Part shown: piece by piece, positions 1 to 11,235 of the stretch
Layout of the letters: each line of letters opens with the position of its first letter
Numbering within the stretch: position 1 is the first letter of the stretch
Assembly (NCBI GenBank): GCA_040954595.2
Contig: CM082588.2
Coordinates: forward strand, 3,370,513 to 3,434,512
Reading direction: 5' to 3'
DNA: 64,000 nucleotides
Origin: Balanoglossus misakiensis
Lineage: Eukaryota; Animalia; Hemichordata
Made by a program: the position numbers and the translations under genes
The notes under the pieces: generated by a model
Database searches by the model: none
What the model saw: the letters and a program-made list of their open reading frames with translations, nothing else
Told to the model about the DNA's origin: nothing

Positions 1-512
1 CAAGAAAAGTACGAGATAATCAGTATATGTGAAGCAGTTTCCAGTCAGGAACGTGTGCATGTGTATTTAACTTTAAGCATTAGAAATTTGAAAACACCAC
101 AAAAGATAAAACTTTATAATATCAACAAAGACATAAATATTCAATTTAACTGTAAACTGTTTGATTTCAATCATAAAAATATTATCCTGTAAAGCTGTGT
201 TAGTGCGCCCCCACGGGTTTTATAAATTATTCTGTTTTCAAATTCTGAGATCATGTATTGTGTTTTCACTGAAGCTGTTTGTCTTTAAAAAAGAAAAACA
301 ATTATGAGAACAAACAGTTATAAGATGTGCAGCCAAATATGTTCTATCAATACAGACAATGAGATAACTTCTATTTGTCCAACATGTCTTGTAAAAGCAG
401 GGCTGAAGAAAATGTTCATTGTGGCTTCATTTCTGTCTATTGTGGGCTGTGTAGGACAGGCTTCAAAATATACAACTCTGGTGGTACATGGTGTGCTGGG
501 TCCTACCTACTT

Positions 513-3500
513 TCACTGGTGGGCAACAGGGGGTGTCTGTCTGGGCACGGCGTACGGAGGCCCCAGGAACTGGTCGGCAATTCTTCCGGCCTCTCGGAGA
601 CCGCTGAGCAGTGCTCCGTGGACAGTGGCTGGGTAGTTTCGGATGGTGTGTTCGCCCGCAAAGAATACTCGTGGCAGATTGTTCTGTTGGGGTATCGCAC
701 CCGGCACAACTGGCGCAGGCGTGACGGGTATTGCTAGCAAGTCGTAGTCATTGCCCGAAGATCCCGCTGCTACATAGGAGTAGGAACCCCGTGACCATGG
801 GTCAGCTCTCCAGCGAGTTACCACTGTCTCCTTGGGCTGCAACATGAGAAATAGGAGATAGCAGTTAAGGGTGGGAATAAGGCAGTACACATAATAAATA
901 ATAGCTACATAATACATGATGGCTACTACACTATAATTCAGTATAGGGTGAACTTACCTGCGGCACAGCATTGTTACCGAAGATACCCTTCAGAACGGCC
1001 AACGTCCTTCCAACGATGACATCATCGCTCACGTTCTCCATGATTTGGGCGGCCTCCCCGGCAACTAAGGCAATAAGTACGGGCGCTTTGTACAGGTTCC
1101 AGAAGAGGAACAACTCTCCACGACTGGCCGTGGTGCTCCCGACGTGGCCGAATAAATTCACAGTTTGGTCCCAGAATATTCGGTCAAAACAGAGAACAAC
1201 CTGGGGAGAGAAAAAACACCAAATGATGTTTCAACCCTTTCACCAACATGGTATGGTCCAAATGCATTGTTTTCTATGGCAGAATTGGACCTCTAAAGAG
1301 GGAATTGGGGGTGATATGGTAAAATTAAGGAACTGCCCGAACATACACTTACCTTGTTAAGATTACCAAATCCTAACCTCTGTATGGCGGCCATCTTCCA
1401 ATCTGGCAGGGGAGGTACAAAGGTCACGGCAGGTGGGGACTGTTTCAAAACTCCTAATGGCAGTGTAACTAGCACGGCATCTGCTTTGTAGGTATAATTG
1501 CCGCCCTGTGATTTGGTGTTCGATGTTACCACCTCAACTCCTGAAAAACGAATTCCAGTAGTTTTGTTTTTGTTCAATTTATGAACCGTGCATTCCTGGT
1601 TCCACCACAGGTGACTACAGATATAACCTAAATTCAATTCAACATTGCTTGTGTTCTGGATTTTGACAAATGAATTCAACCATAAAACGGTTGCAAGGGT
1701 AACACACAAAATGAGGTGAGAAATTGTCTACACCTAATCTGTCTGACAGCTGTGTATGAGTTGATGTATGTCTTACCTGAGTGACTGTACCTAATCTGTC
1801 TGACAGCTGTGTATAATTTGATATCCAGACCCTCTGACAGTGCAACGGGGACACACGAGTAGCCATTCCGCACAGTTAGGTGATGCCCTGAGAATTCAAA
1901 GTCGTCGTCCTGGTCCCAGTGTTTCAGCGAGAGTGTGGACAAGGGCGTGGCATTGGCGAACTCCAGGTTGGCAAAGTGCCAATCCAGGATCTGCCGGTCC
2001 CTCGAAGACAGGTACACATCACTGTCAAGAAATGTGGAAAACCGGTAACTCTTAATGGAAACTGTACTCTACATTCTGCTATTGTTACACAACATAATGG
2101 CTCCCCTGTATAAATCAACAGTCTATACATGAACACAGAACATACCTGGGTGGGTTGGTTTCTAAGTCTGTGACTTTGGCTTCTAGTTCTTTGAGTTTTT
2201 CTTTGTGTTCTTCATAGTCCTGAAGCAAATAAAGGATAGGTCAATGGCATTTTAAAATCATCCTTCCATACGGCCATCAGACACCCTCACTGCACTTGCT
2301 TCAGAGAGAGTAATTCACTCTGGTACATGATGTAATATGACCACCACCACCACCACTACAATACAATACAATACAAATCAAAAATACTCCCTAACCACAC
2401 GTTCAGACTTACTTTGGCAGCCTGCTGCAGGTCCCGTTGTTTACTCTTCACCACAAATTCTGCAGTGATGTCCCTGGGTGGTTTCACCTCGCTGGCTTCT
2501 TTGTATTGCTTGTTCAGCATCAAAAGATTCTCTTTCAACGCCATCAGCTGTCAACAACAACGGACAGAGTTCAATTCCAGGAAAATACACAAAAAGAAGG
2601 GGGAAAAAAGCATTAGCATCATCGGTGCACACTTCTTGGCGATGTGAACCATCTTCAATATTAGAAATTTTAACCACCAATACTATACAACCATCACAAT
2701 TCATATGACTGACTTACTTTGTTGTTTGTTGCCTTCATTTTTTCTTGCAAGTCAATGATATTTCTCACATGTTGGCACTTCTGCTCTTTCACCTGTTTTT
2801 CCTGAAGTCTGTTGGCAAAAAACTCCAATTATTCCATTTGGCCCAAATGCATTGTTTTCTATGGTAAAGTTGGAGCTCTACAGAGGGAACTGGGGGTGTA
2901 GACAAGGTCAAGGAGAGTGAGGTGTGTGTGCATCTGACTTACTTGATCACAAGTTCCAGGGCCTGACCAAGAGACACCGGCTTCGTTTGCATGTAATTGA
3001 AGTCCATCTGGTGTGAGAGGTAGGAGGTAGCCTCTAGAAGGCGATTGAATTCTCTCTCAACCATCTCGTCTTTTTCCTTGGGTACCTGGAACACAATGTT
3101 GGCAATTGTTCATTTTCTGGCATGTTGTGTGGTCTTATTGTTAACATCTCAAACTAAAACTACACATAAAAATAAAATTTTTACATTTAAAACTTATTTT
3201 ACATTTGCATGGCCTATATAAAATGACAGAGGAAATTTTTCTTTTTAAGATGAAAGTTGGAGAGAAGAAATGTTAGTAGAAAGACATTGACAGGTGTAAA
3301 CTGTACTGGACAGAATCAAAATGAAACATGGTGTGTTTGAAAGCTGTATCATGGTGAGGTAATGTTTACTACAGTATAAAGTGAAATACGTACTAGAACA
3401 CTTAGGCCGCTCTTCGTAGTTGTCCGACAGTCAGAAACAGGCATTAGGTGAATATAACGGCAGATAAACAGGAATAATATGAAACAAACAACAACACAGT

Positions 3501-6500
3501 CATCTGGTTACAGAATGTTAGCCATAAAAATAAAATCAAAGAGGTGTTGGTTTGGAGGAAAGGGTGTGGGGACTACTGTGGGCAACTAAACAAGCAACCA
3601 AGACCTGATATTAGCTGCAGTTGTAGACACATATCAGCGTATTCAGGTGGAGTGATGTGTGACATCATTCAATGGGGTAAATACGAGAGTGTGAATGATG
3701 ATTATCAAAAGTGCTGGACATGTTTTTCTGAAAAATTGCTTCATGATTTTATTCAGTGTTGCCGTCCAAGGTAAAAGTGGCGACCATTTTCATTTCTTAC
3801 TGAATATGTTCATTTTGGCACAATTGGAATTTTGGACTAAATAACATTCCTAAAAAAGACAGAGTTGTTGCTTGTTTAGTTTCAAGTATCTTTCAATGCT
3901 ATGTATATACAAGTAACATGATTTGATTATCAATAATAATAATAAAATAATAATATAATAATAATAATCATGAAAGATTATCATGTATGAGTTTAATTAA
4001 TGAAAAATCGCATGTTGTTCTATAAAAAAAAGAATATAAGTTATGAACAATATATAGATATTAGAAAAGTTACCCTATAATTCAACAAGTATTGATTCAA
4101 TTTTTTCATATGCATGGAGACCCTTGAGAAAATTTTCACTGGTGTGGCCCCTTGTTGTGTGTGTGTGTGCTTTGAGTGTGTAGATGCATCATTTTTCCTG
4201 TCTGCATCATGTGGCGCGCAAAATATACTCTCTCTGATATGGGTCCAGTTGTTTCTGATACTACGAATGGTGAGCTGCTTTCAGCAAATGTGTACAAATA
4301 AGGTCCTTACCGTGGATCCGTTGCTCTCGTACAGAGGGCATTTCTGTTTAATCTTACTCAGTTCCATGTTGACCTGTTTGCTGATGATGGTCAGGGGGTT
4401 GCCACCTGTAATTTCAGAAGCAGCAACAGATGTTGGTTTAAGGGGAACTAAGAAAAAACAGACGATGAATTCCTCTACAAAGGTAGTAGATCATTCACCC
4501 TTTCACCACCATGGTTTGGTCCAAATCCATTGTTTTCTAAGGTAAACCTGGACCTCTAAAGACGGAACTGGGGGTGAACGGGTTAAGTCTTCACATCACT
4601 TTGGGTGTAGAAACATCGCACCTGAAAATAAACGCACACAGAAGGGCTGCATTCCTTTTTTTACATACCAAGTCCAGTGACAACCATTGCTCCCAGATCT
4701 GCTACATAGTTGCTTTTGCGAAACGTTGCCACTCTTCCACCAACACGATCCTGTGGGGAGATATAATAATTAGGGGCCACTTCTATGAATGCAATGTTTC
4801 ATCAACAACCCTGGACAATCTAGAGCGACATTTCTATCTGAACACACAAAGTGTTTCAGAAGACAAGAAAACGATATCAACAGCAGGTCAGGTCACTTAC
4901 TCTGGACTCAAGCACAGTAACATCCATGCCGAATGACTGAAGTTGTCTTGCTGCGGCCAGACCAGCTATGCCTGCCCCTAACACCAACACCTTCCCAAAC
5001 TTCTTGACTGTAAATATAAATAAAGCATTAACAAAGTTCAATTGGTATTATTTTGATGAAAATGATGCAAAAAAGCCTGAACCAGGGGCACAGATTTTAA
5101 GAAATGTGATGTGTTTAAGCCTTAGAGAATTCAGACTTTTCATGACACACTCCACCCTACCTGAGAGAGGTTTCAATCTCTTGTAGATTCCAAAATTGAT
5201 GTAACCATGCCGTTCTAAATATGCATGGATACGCATCACTAGTGGACCATCACCTGTAAGATGAAAACGAAGAGGATTTATATCAACATCAGAAACAATG
5301 GTATGGCTGCATACATGACACCCCTATTACCTGTATAATGGACTATCTCATCATACAGTACACAAAGGGTTCATTCACAGTACAGGGACAAAAAGGAACC
5401 CTACTCTTTGACTCCAGACTTACTGTTATACGGTGCCTCTATCTGGGGTAGGGCATTCTCAAATGTTAGCTGGACTTTAGGATTTTCATACCACAGTTGT
5501 AACTGGGAAAAGAGCAGATGAAGATGAAGTTAAGAACTGTAAATTAAAGCAGAATCTTCGACTAATCAGACATCGTCTTCCAAAGGACCAGAAGGATGAG
5601 TGTTTATGACTTCTGCTGACTACAATCATTCTGAACTCACCAGCCGGTTTCTGATGTACAGAAAGAGTTTCTGCGTCTGTGGCGGACTCTGTACTATATC
5701 TGGGAAACATGCAGCTTCTTGCGAAGTCATTTTATCAGCAGGCAGTCTGGCTGAGAAGGCAGCGCCATCTAGACCTACTTTTAAGGAGGGAAACACAAAA
5801 AATCCCTAATATAGCAACTATCGTCGTTGGACTTCGTATGCAGTGAGTGTTGTAATGGCTATCCATGTTCAAAGTACTGAATGTGGAACTTGTTAAACAC
5901 AGGATACTTGAACACAAAGATTACAAGTAAAATGTTTTGTAGATTGACAGACTAGAATGAAACAGATACCACCTGAAGTTTGTAAGACACTGATAGGCAC
6001 AAATTTAAGATCTGAAGTTGAAACTTTCCTAACAAAGTGTTTGCTTTGAGAGAAAATTTCCTCTTTTTTTTGCCTTATCATGTATGTGTCAGTTTTAAAG
6101 CAGGAAATCCAGCTATTATTTTCTTCTTCAAGAAAAAAATCAGAGCTTTTATAATAGTGTAAGTGTAACAGAAACATTGCCCAGGAACACAGAAAATGTT
6201 CCACACATTGCAATGGCTAGTAATGAAGCCATTCTTAGTATTTTTTTAATGGTAAACAAAATATTTTATAAATAAACACCATTGCAAGTGTCTGACTTAT
6301 CATTGTGGAAAATTGATAAACGTGAAATTCACACAAATACGTATCCACAATCAAGAGAACTGTGTCATAGGATAAGCTCTCTTCTAATTAATTTTATCAA
6401 CGATTTCATGTAGAAAACAGAGAAACACACGACATATATGAAATTCAGAGTTTAGGAATCTGTAGCTTGTTTTCTTTCTGTATTTTTTTTCTATACTAGC

Positions 6501-8260
6501 TTGTAGGTCACTCTTTGAAATGTAATTATTTACCATGGACGTTGACTTCACTTTGCAGGATATCTAGGATTTCAAGATAGGGATAGACATGTGTTTTATA
6601 CAAATATATACACAAAGTGTTTTTATTTCAAGAGAGGGATAGACATGTACATGTAGTTTACGCAGATATTGTATTTATTTCAAGAGAGTGATAGACATGT
6701 ATGTATTTTAGACAAATATACCATTCAAAATGTATTTATTTCAACATACGGATATAGCAAAATCTAAACGACATTTTTGAATCAATTGTGTCCATCGAAT
6801 ATGCATGTATGTTGCAACAGTTACACTAATTGGAGAAAAGAGAACACTTACAAACACTTACACGAAACACGACTAACAAATGCCTTGAAAAGGACCATAT
6901 TTCTTTAATGTATGCATTTGTGTTTTGTATATTTGTGAAGCTTTGAAATAGAGATATTTCCATGGTAAATCATATTGCGGGCAAGTTAGAAATAATCAAA
7001 CATATGCCAGCTTCACAACGGCACTACTTACAGGGACACATACATTTTATGTACAGAAAAGTTAACAGAGCAGCAAAAGCATAACTGTCTCATCCAGGCT
7101 TTGTGCAATAACAATGGCAATACATATTTAATTGCACGTAACATCACAAGGAAAGATAACACAACAAACAAACCTGTTAGTTCTTCTTGTTCGCTCTCTG
7201 CTTCCTCCTCCTCCACAGGCTTGGGGGGTTCTGCAACTACTGCCCCTGGGGGTGCTTGGGGCTGGTGCTTGGCTATCTTCTCTTCTTCTGAGAAGTATTC
7301 GTCCTCTGACAGATTGGCCAGCTTGTCGTCCATCTCCTTGTACTCCACCTTCATGAATAAACAGACAAGAAAGGTCACTGACCAGAATATGACATAATCT
7401 TCCAGATTGAGTCCAGCGAGATGATACCTGCTGACTATTAACAATTTATTGTGAACACTGATTAATTTGTTTAAAAGTTTCTTCAAAACTTGAACAGATA
7501 TTGTATGTGAACTTTACCTGGTTATCAACAATTTATAACATCTAATTATGCAGAAATAAACATAATTCCTTTTTTTGGAGGATTTCCGTTAGTCGTTATA
7601 CTATTATGTCTGAGACATAACAACCTAAGGACAATCTCAGTTATTAGATATTGTTATTTGTTATTTGAAGAATGTGGATAAACATTGTTTGGACACCATT
7701 GTTTGTTTCTGTGATTTCAGGGAAAACTCATTTTTTTCTGGGTGCATGCTGGGAAGTGAAAAAAGGTGGTGATGATTGTTAGTTATAGCATTCTTGATTA
7801 CTCATTTTATGCCAACTACTCATCAGATCATGGGTGGGTTGGTTCAGACTGGTCGGTCAGTGGCCAAAATAGATTGACCTCGACCTGTGTCACACCTACT
7901 TAGTGTACTACAGAAATACCACATGTGTACGTGTACAATTTCAATAAATTAAGGGTTTATTATTTGTGTTGGGTGTCAGGAAATATGATGTATTCTGCTC
8001 ACCCGTGGTCTTTTCCTTCTACTGTGTCTTCTCTCTGGCTGATCGTTGGCACTAGAACCGTTAGATAAATCGCTATGAGTGTGCACAGGCTCCCTATGCG
8101 CACCTGACATGATGGTTATCGGTGCGTCTTTCCCTTTGTCCTTTGGACTACTACGATCGCGTTCGCGTTCTCGCTTTCGGCTGCTTTCATCTCCGCTGGA
8201 ATTCGCAGAGCTCGTGTTGTCTTTTTCTTTCCGTTCCATGTCGGCGCCAGCCTTCTGCAT
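513..8260 (-). CDS. KDM1A: Lysine-specific histone demethylase 1A (LSD1); SWIRM + FAD amine oxidase + Tower domain, ~821 aa, 16 coding exons
   Basis: Exons (5'->3' on minus): 8260-8003, 7348-7174, 5774-5641, 5502-5424, 5253-5161, 5007-4901, 4750-4669, 4405-4311, 3085-2943, 2808-2718, 2547-2413, 2219-2146, 2021-1777, 1540-1353, 1200-958, 836-513. All junctions are GT-AG and the sum of 2466 nt keeps frame. Diagnostic peptides: [15 protein letters not shown] (SWIRM), [91 protein letters not shown]. Start ATG (8260 vs 8239) is uncertain. Confidence 0.96.
1231..1323 (+). mobile_element. ~85-bp TTAA-type (piggyBac-like) MITE, copy 1 (degenerate ends)
   Basis: tcaaCCCTTTCACCaacatgg...cattgttttctatgg...ggacctctaaagagggaattgggGGTGA; lies in a KDM1A intron and aligns with the other copies. 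Confidence 0.75.
1732..1814. repeat. 26-bp exact direct repeat, one copy in a KDM1A exon and one in the adjacent intron
   Basis: acctaatctgtctgacagctgtgtat at 1732-1757 (intron) and 1789-1814 (exon, encoding YTAVRQIR). Confidence 0.9.
2834..2898 (+). mobile_element. MITE copy 2 (truncated)
   Basis: ccatttggcccaaatgcattgttttctatggtaaagttggagctctacagagggaactgggggtg matches the internal part of the family; KDM1A intron. Confidence 0.7.
3932..3968. repeat. (AAT)n microsatellite, imperfect
   Basis: aataataataataaaataataatataataataataat. Confidence 0.8.
4494..4586 (+). mobile_element. MITE copy 3
   Basis: ttcaCCCTTTCACCaccatgg...gggGGTGAACGGGttaa; terminal inverted repeats and a right-hand TTAA; KDM1A intron. 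Confidence 0.8.
6569..6757. repeat. Degenerate minisatellite, ~52-61 bp unit, 3 full copies plus a partial one
   Basis: Units start atttcaa at 6569, 6625, 6677 and 6738; shared core tttcaagaNagNgatagacatgt in the first three units. Confidence 0.75.
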
Positions 8261-8654
8261 TTCAGATGGCACAAGGGCTTCGATACAAGAATAATTACCC
8301 CGATCGAGTGTTATATATTTGGCGTGCCACAAGAGCTGCCAACAACAACTGTACGATCAGTGCAGCCAACAAAAGCAGTATATATACACCGGTTTCTGCG
8401 CATCACATTGCGCACTGCCTTCCCAGAATAAGTTTGTCGAAAATATTGATTTTATTTCACTGTAAAACAATCAAATTTCTAAACGTCGGGCTGTAGATGA
8501 TAGACTAATTGTTGTTGCACCAATACAAATGCTTGGATTACCAATCAACACACCAAATCTCCTAAAATTCCTGTCGGACACTAATGGGGCTTTCATAAAC
8601 AGGCAGCAAAGGACATTGGGTAATAGACATGATTTGAATAAGATCAGATCAAAA

Positions 8655-9290
8655 TCAGTCCGCCATCTTGTCTTTTCTCGTCTAATCCCAAGATTTGATG
8701 ATTTCGATTCTTTTGCCAATTCCTCAATACCAACCTTGTACATTAACACCGGACACTAAAGTATGGAACTCCAAGATAACTTCGGGCCATCTCGATTCGA
8801 GGACAGTCCGTTTGGCTTTGTACGGAAGGTGAGTTGAAAGTGATAATTTACAACATGTTCGTGTTTTTTTGTTTGACCGATTCCCGCTGGCTGATCATTA
8901 CATTGTCGAATAGACACATCACTGAGTGAAATGAACACATGTATTTCCCCTAGTTACATAGCTGGCCAGTTATGAAAATCTCCACTCTTTCTGATAATTT
9001 AATTTTAATCAAAAGTATTGATTGTAAATCAAAAAGTATTTTTTTGCCAACACGCGTTGTTGATGAATCCGCCGGTATGTTTCGAATGTTAAAAGGATCT
9101 GCATCGATCAAAACAAAGAGGCCTGTTATTCAAGAGAGTGCAGTGTTATACATGTGCTTTCAAGTGCTAGTAATATTTGAAACGGACAAGTCGCGTCCGC
9201 GACAAGCGCGTCGCAGCGCGCAGGTGAAACGCAAGTCCCTGATGTACATTTCATTGACACCGCAACTACACAGCGCCCTCTGCGGCCATA
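8655..9290. promoter_or_regulatory. Probable bidirectional promoter region between KDM1A (-) and HDX-like (+)
   Basis: Head-to-head genes with starts about 1.25 kb apart. Locally CpG-rich (9191-9225). YY1-type CAAGATGGCGG on minus at 8660-8670; CTCF-like cagcgccctctgcggcca at 9271-9288. Confidence 0.55.
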
Positions 9291-9516
9291 TTATCCTCGT
9301 ATTTTACACATTTGAGCGATCGGATCAATGTACCAATGAAATCCACTTGTCCCGAAAATGTCGTGATGTAGACAACTTTCAACTCATTCATGTCCAGAAA
9401 CTTACCTTTAATGTTTCAACAAGTTTTTGAATCAAACTGATTTCAACCAAAGCCACATCAGATGTTGCTCTTCATCTCTCCCATACTGACAGTGATGTGT
9501 TTTTGTTTTGTTATTG

Positions 9517-11235
9517 ATGGAGGTACAACAGAGGTACTCCTTCACTCCGAAGCAGAAGGAGGTGTTGATGAAGCATTTCAACATGCATGGTATGACTGGA
9601 CAAAGCCAAGCATATCATGAAAAGATTATGACCTGTGCCCGGGAAGCTGATGTTGACTTTGATATTGTCCGGGTAAGTTTCCTTTTTTTTAAAAAACAAA
9701 ATGCATCTTTATACAGAGCCCTCAGAATGTGGGCAGTATTTTGTGGTATCATGTTGTATTAAAACATAGCCACGTGTATTTATATGTTTGCGAAACAAAT
9801 CTTCTTTCACAGAACTGGATAGGAAATGTGCGAAGGAAGAAGAGACTAGAAGCGACTCGTTATCCTGGTTCAAACGGTCTTTATATCATGGATGGTTCGG
9901 GGTCGGGGAGTGAACCGAAGATACCTCGGATGGAAGGACCACATTACGGATTCTCCAGGACCCCACCTTCAGTACCCACCACACTGGCACGCCAGCCGAC
10001 CAGTATAATGCACCCAATTGCCAGCTTGTCGTTGCAACCGCCGCCGTTCAGCATGGAGAGTGTCATGGCTGAGATGCAGACAGGTATGGGTCCGGGTGGG
10101 CAGGCGTCGCAGCCGCCAACAGCTGCCGGCGAGCAGAGCACCTCCAGCTCCAGCAAACCGCAGCCAGTGCTGGCCACAATCCCGAAAGTGGAAGGAGGCC
10201 AGCAGAGTTCCTGCGCTCTCAGCGGCCAGCTACCACCACCAAACACCTCAGCTTCCACTACGGGACCCCCTCTGCCCATGGACAGGAGTCCCATGGCACT
10301 TCAAGAGCATCAAATGAAGGAACTGGAGATTAGGAGAACCATGGGATCAATTCAACAGTCTGTAAGTCGCGTTTCTTTTTCCTGAATCTAAACACTGGCA
10401 GAGTTTTAAGTGAAGGAAGGGAAAGATTACTCAATCTCATGACCAAAGAACACTACTACTGGTAATCTCAGAATTTGATGATAATTTATTCTGTCTATTT
10501 TTTCCTGACTTTCAGATGCATTACCTGGAAAGACTGGGCTGCGAGACAATAGTTGTTTCTCACTACCAGGGCAAGACCTTTGTCTCGGGAACCGAAAGAG
10601 GCGTCAACTATTTTGCCGAGATGCAGGAGATCCGGCCCATCTCGGAGCACCTCAGACCGGTCGGCATCAACTCCTCCGTATTCTCAACTTCCGGAACGAC
10701 GGACAACAGCAACTCGGCACCGGATGATGCCACCACCTCCTCACAGGAGCAGAAAGGCGACCGGGGAAGGAACGGGCAAGGAGGGGACGAACGACAAGGC
10801 GGGAAAGCCACCGAGAAAACCAACAGAGACGACAAGAGTGACGACAAGGATTTTGAGCAGAGTGATAATGATGACGATGAAGATGAGGAGGAAGAGGAAG
10901 AAAGTGATGAGAAACGAGACACCAGTATTCGATCTGGTGAGTTTCACCTTTAGTTCACCCTGGTGTTCACATTCATTCATTTTCATTTCAGACTGACCGA
11001 CCGACCGGCCAACCAAAGACACACATTGCTTCCATTATCAAAGATCAGACTGTTTAACATCACTTATTGATAGGTGCATGAATTTACTGTGTTTTGAAAA
11101 TTCGTCTTCGCAGGTCAAGAAGTCTACATTGTTGACAAGAATCACTTTGTGATCGGAGTAGGCAACATCCTGCCAGCCCCCCATCAGAGAATAACACTGA
11201 AAAACGCCCCTCCGCCGGAAGACTATTTCGACTAA
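9517..11235 (+). CDS. HDX: Highly divergent homeobox (HDX)-like protein, ~415 aa, single N-terminal atypical homeodomain
   Basis: Exons 9517-9672, 9813-10361, 10516-10936, 11114-11235 (GT-AG, 1248 nt, in frame). The spliced homeodomain RYSFTPKQKEVLMKHFNMHGMTGQSQAYHEKIMTCAREADVDFDIVR|NWIGNVRRKKR shows the GMT insertion and W(I/V)GNxRRK helix 3 that I recognise from HDX homeodomains. It is followed by Pro/Ser/Gln-rich and acidic segments. Confidence 0.8.

Noticed and set aside
304-737. Plus-strand ORFs overlapping the KDM1A last exon
   Set aside because: Antisense shadows of the KDM1A coding exon and 3' UTR; no recognisable protein features.
3199-3278. TACTAAC plus pyrimidine tract plus tatAG|GCCATGCAAAT|gtaaaa as an alternative microexon
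   Set aside because: 11 nt is not frame-preserving, the donor is weak and read-through hits TAA; kept only as a possible regulatory motif.
5289-5354. C box/D box pair (ATGATGA...CTGA) on the sense strand in a KDM1A intron
   Set aside because: No terminal stem, the D box is only about 35 nt from the 3' splice site, and no recognisable target.
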